Source of the DNA: Clostridia bacterium
Lineage (GTDB): Bacteria > Bacillota > Clostridia > UMGS1810
DNA: 64,000 nt
Direction: 5' to 3'
NCBI GenBank assembly: GCA_045578205.1
Contig: JAZNJU010000006.1
Location: forward strand, 350 to 64,349
A model generated the notes under the pieces. The model was not told the DNA's origin. It saw only the letters and a list, made by a program, of their open reading frames with translations, and searched no databases. Below, one piece after another: positions 34,654 through 44,056 of this stretch (within the stretch, counting starts at the first letter, position 1; every line of letters begins with the position of its first letter). A program made the translations under genes and the position numbers.

Positions 34654-36671
34654 GCGTTTTGAACGGTATAAAAAAACTTCTTGGTGTCGCTGACGCAGAT
34701 ATGCATAAACTGGATGATAGCACTGTCATCGATATCGGCGATAAGGGAGAGAAACTTTACAAGGACAACATCATAGCCTTTGTCAAAGAGGAACTTGAGC
34801 GAAGAAGGGCGGAGAAGTTGCCATTGGAGAATCAGTGGAACCTCAATGCTAACTTTCTGGCAGGTAACCAATATTGTGAGATAAACCCATACAGAGGGGA
34901 CATTGAGCAACTGGAGCCTGTATATGATTGGCTTGAGAGAGAGGCTTTTAATCAGATATCTCCTCTTGTGGAAACCAGAATTGCCAATCTCAAGAAGATT
35001 AACTATATGATGAAGGTCAATCCCAGAACAAACGAATTGGATGACTATGCAAAAGCGGATATATCCACAACCATACTCCAGTACATACAGAAAGTCAGTG
35101 ATTTTGAAAAACAGAAAAACACAATGATATTGTGGAATGAACTGTGCGGAAGTTGTTACTGGATTGCATGGTGGGACAGTGCAGCAGGTGAGTATCTGGG
35201 TTCTGTTAAGGAAATGGATATAGGTACGGAAAGTGTTGAAACAAAAAAAGAAACGGCATATTTCGAAGGTGATGTGAAGTATGGTCTTATAACACCCTAT
35301 GAGGTATTCCCCGAGAGTATATTCCGCCAGGGAATAGAAGGGCAGAGAACTATCATACTGGAACAGGTAAAGACCGTAGAAGAGATATACGACCTTTACG
35401 GAATAGAGGTTGAAGGTAGAGAAGTTGAGAGTTTTCAACTTACGCCCCTTGTTTCCGGTGGCGGTTTTGGTTATGAGAGTACAAGGTTAGGCCTTACCAA
35501 GACAACAGTCAAGGGTTCGGAAAAGGTTATAACCTATTTTGAAAAACCCGGCAGAAAAAGACCTCACGGCAGAATGATAATCATCGTAGGTGATGATAAC
35601 CTTGTATATTACGGAGATCTACCATATGACGAGATACCAATAGTACAGTGCTTATGCAGAGAGGTTGCGGGACAGTTCTTTGGAAAATCCGCCATTGAGG
35701 ACCTTATTCCACGGCAGATAGCCTACAACGGATGCTTAAACAGAATACACGAATATATAAAAACCATTGCCATAGGACGTTATATCGCACAGGACGGGGC
35801 AATTGACATAGATGAGTATGAACAGAATGGTGTAGCACCGGGTGCGGTTCTTACATATCGTGTTGGTGCGGAGCCTCCTGTACCTATGCCAAACGGACAG
35901 TTGCCCCAGGAAATAATGACAGAGAGATATAACCTTAAAACTGATATGGAGTATGTAGCAGGTACATCTCAACTTATGGTAAGCGGAAATGTACCCTCTG
36001 GAGTAGTAAGCGGTGCTGCTATTAACAATCTAATGGAGATTGACAACACGAGATTATCGCTGACGGGAGACTATATTCGCAATTCGGTAAGAGACCTTGC
36101 AAAGATGCTCCTTAAAATCACCAAGAAATACGCCACAAGTAAGAGGGTGCTGGATTGTGCAGGGCTTAATAGCATCGGACACGCCATAGTGTGGTGCAGT
36201 GAAGATATTAATTCCTATGATGTGGAGTTTACCACAGAAAATGAACTACTTATGAGTGAGGATGTACAGAGAGAGAATTTCTTCAATGCATTTAATATGG
36301 GATTTTACACAGATGAAAACGGCAATGTACCCCAACGGGTAAAGCAGATGGGCCTTGAGTATATGAAACTTGGCAAGTATACAGAACTTATGAATATAAA
36401 TCATCTCCATATGCAGGTGGCACAACGAGAAAATAGTTTCTTTGAAAAGGGAGTAATTTCCGATGTGGGTAGTTTAGATGACCATGATATCCACATAGAG
36501 GAACATACGAGGTACGCACTGCAGATGCGCTTCCGGGTATTAAAGCAGAGAAAACCGGAATATGCCTTGGCGCTTGAAAAGCATATAGAAGATCATAAAG
36601 CAGAAAAAGAACGAAAGAAAATGGAAGAAATACAAAAAATCCGGGCAATGCAAGCCGGGATGATTCAATAA
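34650..36671 (+). CDS. Portal protein
   Basis: 673 aa. Positioned after the terminase and before the scaffold and capsid genes. Size and composition fit a portal. Confidence 0.75.
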   Translation: MSVLNGIKKLLGVADADMHKLDDSTVIDIGDKGEKLYKDNIIAFVKEELERRRAEKLPLENQWNLNANFLAGNQYCEINPYRGDIEQLEPVYDWLEREAFNQISPLVETRIANLKKINYMMKVNPRTNELDDYAKADISTTILQYIQKVSDFEKQKNTMILWNELCGSCYWIAWWDSAAGEYLGSVKEMDIGTESVETKKETAYFEGDVKYGLITPYEVFPESIFRQGIEGQRTIILEQVKTVEEIYDLYGIEVEGREVESFQLTPLVSGGGFGYESTRLGLTKTTVKGSEKVITYFEKPGRKRPHGRMIIIVGDDNLVYYGDLPYDEIPIVQCLCREVAGQFFGKSAIEDLIPRQIAYNGCLNRIHEYIKTIAIGRYIAQDGAIDIDEYEQNGVAPGAVLTYRVGAEPPVPMPNGQLPQEIMTERYNLKTDMEYVAGTSQLMVSGNVPSGVVSGAAINNLMEIDNTRLSLTGDYIRNSVRDLAKMLLKITKKYATSKRVLDCAGLNSIGHAIVWCSEDINSYDVEFTTENELLMSEDVQRENFFNAFNMGFYTDENGNVPQRVKQMGLEYMKLGKYTELMNINHLHMQVAQRENSFFEKGVISDVGSLDDHDIHIEEHTRYALQMRFRVLKQRKPEYALALEKHIEDHKAEKERKKMEEIQKIRAMQAGMIQ

Positions 36672-36693
36672 TGGTATTTGAAAGGAGAAACAT

Positions 36694-37653
36694 ATGTCTA
36701 GTTTGGAAGATGCACGCATTAAGGCGGCAGAAATGTTTGAGCAGGGTAACGATTCTATAGGGGAGTCTGCTCCTGGCGATGATGTACAGGCAGATAATCC
36801 TGCAGGAGAGGTGACGGCAGAGAGCGTGCCTGCACCGGAGGTTACATCTGAGAGTGTACCTGCTTCAATGACAGAAGAGGCTCTGGCAACGGCGGAGGTG
36901 GCTGCACAGGCGGCACAGCAAAGGGACACTGAACTTGCTGAGGTTACTGAAAAACTCGGAGAAATATCAAGGCAGAACGAAGAACTCAAGAGCACGATAG
37001 AGCAGATGTCAAGGCAACAGGAAGAGACCATCGTTAATGATATGCTGGAGCCTCCGGTACTTAACGCGGAGCAGGTTTTATATGGTGACGCAGAAAGTCA
37101 GTCTAAAGCATTGGCGGACTATCAGCAGAAGGTTAACGAATATAACAAGGCTATTCTTCGTAGGGAGATGGAGGAAGAGTTAAAACCTTTGATGGAGTTT
37201 GCTCGCGAAGGTATGGCGATGAAGGAAAAGGCTGAGGCTTTGAAAGCCATAAAAGAAACGGTGCCGGAACTTTCGGACATTGATTCTAAGGCGCCAGTGC
37301 TTGATGCTATAATTGAACAGAATCCGTTTTTATCCGCGTCGGACAAGCCCATGGAAGAAAAATACATAATGGCATATATGCTTTCAAGAGGTTTAGATGC
37401 AGTAAAAAATCCACCTGTACCTCCGGAGCCTCCCAAGGCACCCACGGCACAGGAACTTATGGAATATGCCAAAAATAACAAAGAATTCGCAGAGATGTTG
37501 GCGATGGAGAAAATCGCAGCAGTACAAAGCGGTCAGCAAGTGCCTCCGTTTTCCGCAAGCAGCGGTGCGGTAAACGCAGCACCTACTATACAAAATACAC
37601 CAACAAATCTTGATGAAGCAAAGGAACAGTTCAAAAAGATGTTCCGTGCTTAA
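36694..37653 (+). CDS. Scaffolding protein
   Basis: 319 aa, acidic, Ala/Glu-rich, predicted helical. Lies between the portal and major capsid genes. Confidence 0.65.
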   Translation: MSSLEDARIKAAEMFEQGNDSIGESAPGDDVQADNPAGEVTAESVPAPEVTSESVPASMTEEALATAEVAAQAAQQRDTELAEVTEKLGEISRQNEELKSTIEQMSRQQEETIVNDMLEPPVLNAEQVLYGDAESQSKALADYQQKVNEYNKAILRREMEEELKPLMEFAREGMAMKEKAEALKAIKETVPELSDIDSKAPVLDAIIEQNPFLSASDKPMEEKYIMAYMLSRGLDAVKNPPVPPEPPKAPTAQELMEYAKNNKEFAEMLAMEKIAAVQSGQQVPPFSASSGAVNAAPTIQNTPTNLDEAKEQFKKMFRA

Positions 37654-37679
37654 AATGAGAAAGGAGATATGATTTATCT

Positions 37680-38858
37680 ATGGAACAGAATTTAAAAACA
37701 TTAGAAAATGCCCTGAGAGTCTGTTATTTACCTGCTCTGCAGAATCAACTCGGTATAGAGCCTGCTGCGATTCTCGGAAAGATTGAGCAGACACAACTTC
37801 AGGGACACTATGTGGAGACTACGGCTCCCATCGGGTTATCCGGTGGCTTCGGATACGGCGCAGAGGGTGCGGCAACACCTATATCCGGTGCACAGAGATA
37901 TGAGAAGTTTAAAACTGAGTCCAGAGACCTCTATGTGAACATCGAGATCTCGGAAAAGGCTCAGAGACTTGGTACTACTTCCAAGGGTGCTCTGGTAAAT
38001 GCACTCGATAGCGAAGTTAAGGCGGCATATGCTACTGCTAAGTGGAATGTTGGCCGTTCACTTTACGGTAACGGTACAGGTATCCTTACTACCTGCAGTG
38101 CGGTAAACAACTCTGCTACTGTAACAGTTGCAGATACTAAGTTCCTCAAGGAAGGTCTCATTGTAGACTTTTACTTAGAAGATGCTGTTGTGGGTTCTGC
38201 ACCTGCCAAGGCAGCAGTAAGAATTAAGGCGGTAGACCGCGTAGGTAAGAAGGTAGTTCTCTACGATGCAATTACTGTTGGTGACGGATTTATCACTGTA
38301 CAGAATTCCTACGGCAGAGAAATCACCGGTATAGGTACTATCTTTGATGATAACATCACTTCCATCTACGGATTATCCAAGGAGGACAACCCCTTCCTTA
38401 AACCTTCTGTGTACAGCGCGGAGAATGATATCCATGACGGTGTTATTACCGAAGCATTAAGAGCATCCGATAACTACCATGGTGGCGCAATTGATACACT
38501 CGTGTTCGGTGACAGGGCATATGATGCCTACGTGGCATACCTCAGAACCAATAACATTCGCGTTGAAACCAAGACTCTCAAGGGTGGCTTCAAGGCAATT
38601 AAGTACGATTTCGGCAACAGAGAGATTGATGTAATCAATGAAAGTTTCGTTCCCGAAAATGAAATCTGGGGTATTGATTGTAAGTCCTTTGAACTCCAAA
38701 CGTCTGGTTGGGATTTCGCAAGAGACAAGGACGGTGCGGCATTTACACTTGTACCCGGTACAAGCAACCACAGAGCACTCCTCGCTAATTACGGCGACCT
38801 TGTATGCAAGAACCCCGGTGCTTGCATCAGAATCACAGATGTTGCGTATACTGCGTAA
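37680..38858 (+). CDS. Major capsid protein
   Basis: 392 aa. Position after the scaffold gene. Followed by a strong stem-loop. Strong RBS aaaggag. Confidence 0.7.
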   Translation: MEQNLKTLENALRVCYLPALQNQLGIEPAAILGKIEQTQLQGHYVETTAPIGLSGGFGYGAEGAATPISGAQRYEKFKTESRDLYVNIEISEKAQRLGTTSKGALVNALDSEVKAAYATAKWNVGRSLYGNGTGILTTCSAVNNSATVTVADTKFLKEGLIVDFYLEDAVVGSAPAKAAVRIKAVDRVGKKVVLYDAITVGDGFITVQNSYGREITGIGTIFDDNITSIYGLSKEDNPFLKPSVYSAENDIHDGVITEALRASDNYHGGAIDTLVFGDRAYDAYVAYLRTNNIRVETKTLKGGFKAIKYDFGNREIDVINESFVPENEIWGIDCKSFELQTSGWDFARDKDGAAFTLVPGTSNHRALLANYGDLVCKNPGACIRITDVAYTA

Positions 38859-38870
38859 CTGAAAATGTCA

Positions 38871-38944
38871 AAAAGGACAATCACTATAATGAAATGTTTG
38901 CAAGTACATAGGATTGAGGCATTCAATGGTGATTGTCCTTTTTT
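38871..38944 (+). terminator. Long stem-loop with T-run downstream of the capsid gene
   Basis: aaaaggacaatcac (38871-38884) pairs with gtgattgtcctttt (38929-38942), followed by more T residues. A second small hairpin gtgccgttggcac follows. Confidence 0.5.
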
Positions 38945-38993
38945 AAACGTGCCGTTGGCACTTGCTGATTTATTGTTCAAGGAGTGATATAAA

Positions 38994-39329
38994 TTGAACT
39001 ATAAGAAGATGTATGAAAAGGTTAATATGGCTGTAAAGTTGGAAGAAAGAAGATTTCTGAATTATTTTGATGAAACGGTGGGGGAACTTGTGGCAGCATA
39101 CGGCAATTTCCTGTTTGAAGATAATGCGAGATATAAGGCCCCCGAAAGCCTTGATGATAAATGCGTGTTACTTCCGCTATATCACAATGCAATTATAGAC
39201 AACATATTGTTTATGGCAGACCAGGGAGAAGAATATAAAAGCGAATTTATTAGAAAAGCTCGTAATGCCTACAACAAATACTGGCACGACAATTCCAAGG
39301 GAAGAAGAATCCGGAGAGCGAGGTGGTAG
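38994..39329 (+). CDS. Virion structural protein (head completion/adaptor candidate)
   Basis: 111 aa, position only. Confidence 0.45.
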   Translation: MNYKKMYEKVNMAVKLEERRFLNYFDETVGELVAAYGNFLFEDNARYKAPESLDDKCVLLPLYHNAIIDNILFMADQGEEYKSEFIRKARNAYNKYWHDNSKGRRIRRARW

Positions 39330-39934
39330 AAATGTTTGAGTCGGGAATAACCGCAAAAGCATTTATTGAAAATTTAAAAATAGAGATAGATGTGGCACTT
39401 CCTATATCGGATGAAACCTATCTTGCGTGGTTAAATGCCACAGAACAGTTTCTGTACGGCTCTGTGATAAAAGAAGAGGGCTTACACCGCTTTTCGGGAA
39501 CAGAAATAGAATTGCCGATTAAGAGAACAAATGAAGCGGGAATATGCTCACACGATATAGTTACGGTGTATGCAGTGTTAACTCCGGTTCGGAGAGTACA
39601 ACTTTTGCACGTGACACCTGCAAACGCAGAGACCTTTAAAGATGTGTATTATGTTCTTGACGAAAATTTGTGTACAAGTTTGTCTTTCCCTTGCGAAGAT
39701 ATAGATTTGGTATATACCAAGAGACCTACTATAAAGACAGAGGAAAATTACACAAGTGAAACTGTAAAAATTCCCGTTGAGTTTATTGAACTTATCGCTT
39801 CAAAACTACGGGGTGAAGCATACAAACTTGCAAACGAGGATTCTATTGCCGGTAAGTGGCTCAATGATTACAATGCACATTTACAGGATTTCAGTGCTTG
39901 GTGCGTTTCCAAAAGAGCAGACATCGGAATGTGA
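39323..39934 (+). CDS. Virion structural protein (adaptor candidate)
   Basis: 203 aa, position only. Confidence 0.45.
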   Translation: MVEMFESGITAKAFIENLKIEIDVALPISDETYLAWLNATEQFLYGSVIKEEGLHRFSGTEIELPIKRTNEAGICSHDIVTVYAVLTPVRRVQLLHVTPANAETFKDVYYVLDENLCTSLSFPCEDIDLVYTKRPTIKTEENYTSETVKIPVEFIELIASKLRGEAYKLANEDSIAGKWLNDYNAHLQDFSAWCVSKRADIGM

Positions 39935-39942
39935 GGTGTCAT

Positions 39943-41760
39943 ATGGCTAAAAAAAAGAAAGAGGAACAGCGATTCTTCGGGCAGATGCCAATTCCCAACA
40001 GTCGCAAGCGGTACAAGGCTGTTAAAAAGGCTTGGAATGGACTTAATCGCAGGATTACCACTGACAGTGGTGGGCTATCTGATATGGCAGGTATGTCTAC
40101 AATAGAGTATCCATATTTGGTACCTGCAAAGGTGTTGAGTGAACATAACAGAATAATGTGGAATTGCAACGAGAGAGAAGCAGTGGGCATATTCAGTTTT
40201 GATGACTTTCTTTTGGTTATCTACAAGGAAGTTGACAAAATTAAAATTGATTATATAAATGAAACCGGGGATATATATACCGGAACACTAAAAGAAGATA
40301 CCGATAATGTTGATGAACTAAAAGTAGCAGATGACAACAGACAAAGGTGTGTAGTTCAATTCAATGTATTGGATGATATTCTAAATCCTGTAGGAAGCGG
40401 TATTACGAGAAAACTTATTATACTTCCTGATAAGAAGGTAATAGATTATGAAAATGATGCAGATTTTATTCCTATGTCCTTGGAAGTAGAGACAAAGGAA
40501 TTTACCTATCCCACCGTTGAGCAGATTGACGAGAAACTCAAAGTAGATGGAATTGAAGATGAAGAAGATGCGATATCCGCCATTATAGCGGAAACATCGG
40601 TATGTGATTATCTTAAGAACGAATTGAAAGCAAGCAGGCGTTATGTGTACAGGAACACACGAGACGGGAATTGTTATGAATGGATAAGAGATACCGAGGC
40701 TGAAATAGCCCAGTGGCAGTATTGCGTATCACCTGTATTTCCTGATTTGGATTACGCTACAGTAAGTCACGGTAGACTCTTTGGCGTAGGAAGAGGAAGA
40801 ATTTACGCAAGCGGATATAATGACTATGCCAACTGGACATTTGACTCTGTTGATGAGTACAACGAGAGCAACGCTTGGTGCTCAAGTGCTCAGGCAAACA
40901 CAAAGTATGACGGAGAGTTTACAGGTATAACATCTTATCAGGGACACGTTATCGCATTTAAAAGAGATATTGCGCACGAAATATACAATACTAAAAATCC
41001 ATTCAGAGTGCTTGATTTATACGGTGACGGTACAATCGACAACAGAACCATTCAAGAGGTTAACGGATTACTGCTTTTTGTGTCAAAGGGTGCGGTGCAC
41101 GTGTACAACACATCTACACTCAAGGATGTAGGTTATAATCTCGGCATAGATGTATATATGGAGGAACGCGAGAAGGATGATGTAATTGTAAGCGGTACCG
41201 ATGGCAGAAATTATTATCTTTGGATTTCAAGGTGGGACAGTCAGGCAAAAGGTGACAGGGAGATAATATATGTCTATGATACATTCTGTGGTCAATGGTC
41301 GGTGCTTCTTGATAATAGGGAAAATACTATAAAGGCACACCCTGTTGGTATTGCTGCAAATAAAAATGGAGTTTTCTTTTTGCGCAGTGTTTATGATGAT
41401 ATCGATGCCGATTACGGCCATGTTATGACACTTATTGATGTGCGCGACACAGATGACTGGCATTTTGAAACCGACCTTATGACAAACGAAGAATATGACA
41501 TAAAGCATCTCAAAAAGGTTCAAGTCCGTACACGCATAGATGAGGGTGCAGGCTACACAATAAAAGTCATCTTATCTGATGAAACAGAGCAGGAAGTGTT
41601 TAGTTCTGGCGGAAAGGATGGGGATGTTGTCGCTCGGTTTATCTTACGAAAAACGGCGGCATACGGAGTGAAACTCAAATTTGAGGGACAAGGCTTTGTA
41701 CGGTTCTACAATATGGAACTAATCTACGAGGACGGAGGCGAGGTCAATGTCACAATATAA
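39943..41760 (+). CDS. Large virion structural protein (tail tube/nozzle-like candidate)
   Basis: About 605 aa from ATG 39943 (RBS gaggtg). No family recognised. Confidence 0.5.
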   Translation: MAKKKKEEQRFFGQMPIPNSRKRYKAVKKAWNGLNRRITTDSGGLSDMAGMSTIEYPYLVPAKVLSEHNRIMWNCNEREAVGIFSFDDFLLVIYKEVDKIKIDYINETGDIYTGTLKEDTDNVDELKVADDNRQRCVVQFNVLDDILNPVGSGITRKLIILPDKKVIDYENDADFIPMSLEVETKEFTYPTVEQIDEKLKVDGIEDEEDAISAIIAETSVCDYLKNELKASRRYVYRNTRDGNCYEWIRDTEAEIAQWQYCVSPVFPDLDYATVSHGRLFGVGRGRIYASGYNDYANWTFDSVDEYNESNAWCSSAQANTKYDGEFTGITSYQGHVIAFKRDIAHEIYNTKNPFRVLDLYGDGTIDNRTIQEVNGLLLFVSKGAVHVYNTSTLKDVGYNLGIDVYMEEREKDDVIVSGTDGRNYYLWISRWDSQAKGDREIIYVYDTFCGQWSVLLDNRENTIKAHPVGIAANKNGVFFLRSVYDDIDADYGHVMTLIDVRDTDDWHFETDLMTNEEYDIKHLKKVQVRTRIDEGAGYTIKVILSDETEQEVFSSGGKDGDVVARFILRKTAAYGVKLKFEGQGFVRFYNMELIYEDGGEVNVTI

Positions 41761-42679
41761 TCAAAAAAATATTGAAGATATGGATTTTAAAGAACTTCGC
41801 CAAACAGTTGCAGATTTAAGTGCAGATTTGTCCAAATACAAAAGACTTCTTGATGTGTATATGGAAGATGCCGAAAGTTCTGGTTTGAGAAAAACACTCA
41901 AACTAGAGAATGGCAGGCTGAAAACCGAGATTAAGACAGTGGCAGGAGAGATAGCCACCAAAGTGTCCGACAAGGATATGGAGAGTGCTATAACACAAAA
42001 AGCGGCAAACATTGTTGCATATGTCGCAAAAGCCGCCAAATTGTCAGAGGCGATAGAAGTTGATGAAATTCCGGAAGATGCGGATATAAATGAAATATAT
42101 GTCGTATGTGATTACGATGCTGACGGCAACAAGATTTCGGAAACATATTACTATTACAACAATATATCCGAAAATTGGGAGGAGGCTGTCGGTGAAACAA
42201 TATATAGCGTATTTGAACAAGACGGCCACGGTTTCAGATTGAAAGGAAATGTGAAAATAAGCGGAGACCTTATAACGGAAGGAACTATATCCGGAATAAC
42301 AATAGAGAGCGAGGATGAAAATGGCAACATTGTCCGTATGGAAGATGGCTTTTTACGTATTGTACGTGGTGAAAAATTAAAAGCTGTTTTAGGAACAGCA
42401 GATGATGACGTTTATTCTCCCTATATGGTTTTTGGTGCAGGAACAGATGACATAAATCCTACTATAGTCGGAATACCCTACGCTAAAGGGACAATGCTAC
42501 TTTTAAAATCGGAAAGTGGGTTTGAATTACAATTTACCCCGACGCTTTCAAAAACTCCCCAAGGGATATGGTTTTATGATGATAATGATGGTAAGACAGA
42601 AGCACGAATAGGATTTGGAAACAGTACGGTGGATTTCAGCAATGCAACTGTAAAAGGTTTTAAAATTACGTTTGGTTGA
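41747..42679 (+). CDS. Tail-associated protein with N-terminal coiled coil
   Basis: 310 aa. Coiled-coil N-terminus and beta-rich C-terminus. Confidence 0.5.
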   Translation: MSQYNQKNIEDMDFKELRQTVADLSADLSKYKRLLDVYMEDAESSGLRKTLKLENGRLKTEIKTVAGEIATKVSDKDMESAITQKAANIVAYVAKAAKLSEAIEVDEIPEDADINEIYVVCDYDADGNKISETYYYYNNISENWEEAVGETIYSVFEQDGHGFRLKGNVKISGDLITEGTISGITIESEDENGNIVRMEDGFLRIVRGEKLKAVLGTADDDVYSPYMVFGAGTDDINPTIVGIPYAKGTMLLLKSESGFELQFTPTLSKTPQGIWFYDDNDGKTEARIGFGNSTVDFSNATVKGFKITFG

Positions 42680-44034
42680 GGTGGTATATGGCAATATCAA
42701 TAAGAGCAACAAGGGATGAACACAGTATTACAGTGTGGCTCACGGGACTTAATCCTGAATATAACTTTGATGACCGATATCTTGAGTATTTTATTTGTGA
42801 AACAGGCACGAACGCTTGGGAGTCTGACGGAACGCTGTATCAGATAAAAAGGGGGATAACTACAACTCCAAAGCACAAATTTTACAATCTTGAATCGAGC
42901 ACAGAGTATGACATCAAGATTATTATAGGATTTTTGGGAGATACAAGTCCCGATCAGGAATATACTCTGACAAAATGGACTGCTGATCCAAAACCGATAC
43001 TCCAAAAGTTTAACTGTTTTAGTGATATAAATGCCGATGATGATTGGCTTAGAGCATCTTGCCATTTTTCACTTGATAATATTTCGGAAGGCAATACAGA
43101 ATATAGTATATCTGCACGACAAAGCGGTACTGAATATTGGTATCCGAAGGAAGAAGATAACATTTACAAATATAGTGTTACGGAAAGTGGTGATAGTGCG
43201 AGAGGAACTATTATTGTAAGACTGAATTCAGTATCTGAGTCTGAAGAAAGCAGAATGTTTGATTTTCGTCTCACCGTAAAAACAGGAGCATTAGAAACAC
43301 ATTTTTTTGTGTACGATGTGGAAATAATGTATAACCCTATAGACTATTTAGAGGTGAAACAAGGTTCTCGTAATTCTGATGGAACATATTTTGTTAAAGT
43401 TTGTTGTTACTTGAAAAAAGAAGGTTTTTATTCTTTTAACATGAGTTTTATAAATAATAATACGGGGCAGGGGTTCACGCATGATAGAGAGACTGATTAT
43501 GCTATTGGAGATGCTATTCCTTTTTGGGATGATTTGCCGATTGGGAATTATACAATAACAGTAAATGTGAATGCTTATAACAGTAAGGAAGATTATGAAA
43601 ACGATATTTGGAACACTACAGCAACGGGATATAAGAATACGTATATTGATGTAGTAGGTCCTGCAGTAGACTATTTTGAGTGGGATACAGAGATAACTCC
43701 AACTAGGCTTATGGCAAATTGTATAAACAAGGAAATACATCCGGTTACTGCGACGGAGTGGAAAAGGTTCATATCAAGGATAACAGAACTCAAGGATTTT
43801 CTAATGAGGCATAACATGTCATTTATTGGATTTCCGGATTCGTTTACAAAGGTCATTCCCGGTATGAATTTTTCTCCTGCAATATATAACGAGGTTGCAT
43901 ATGCGTTAAAAATATTAAGTTATGCCGCGGGTGAAAAGTATTCAATTATGCAAATTGACGATGACACGGTATTAACTGCAAGTCTTTTTTCGAATTTACG
44001 AGATCAGTTTAATTTTTTAGTTGATAATATATAG
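42676..44034 (+). CDS. Tail-associated structural protein
   Basis: 452 aa. Overlapping start/stop with its neighbours. Confidence 0.5.
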   Translation: MRWYMAISIRATRDEHSITVWLTGLNPEYNFDDRYLEYFICETGTNAWESDGTLYQIKRGITTTPKHKFYNLESSTEYDIKIIIGFLGDTSPDQEYTLTKWTADPKPILQKFNCFSDINADDDWLRASCHFSLDNISEGNTEYSISARQSGTEYWYPKEEDNIYKYSVTESGDSARGTIIVRLNSVSESEESRMFDFRLTVKTGALETHFFVYDVEIMYNPIDYLEVKQGSRNSDGTYFVKVCCYLKKEGFYSFNMSFINNNTGQGFTHDRETDYAIGDAIPFWDDLPIGNYTITVNVNAYNSKEDYENDIWNTTATGYKNTYIDVVGPAVDYFEWDTEITPTRLMANCINKEIHPVTATEWKRFISRITELKDFLMRHNMSFIGFPDSFTKVIPGMNFSPAIYNEVAYALKILSYAAGEKYSIMQIDDDTVLTASLFSNLRDQFNFLVDNI

Positions 44035-44056
44035 TATTTTAAACGGAGGTGTTTAT

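Noticed and set aside
34605-35438. 277-aa minus-strand ORF inside the portal gene
   Set aside because: Antisense to a strongly supported structural gene, with composition typical of a shadow ORF. The same reasoning applies to 2256..2768, 2641..3369, 20726..21322, 21362..22060, 29943..30443, 36540..37031, 55385..55882 and 60128..60739.
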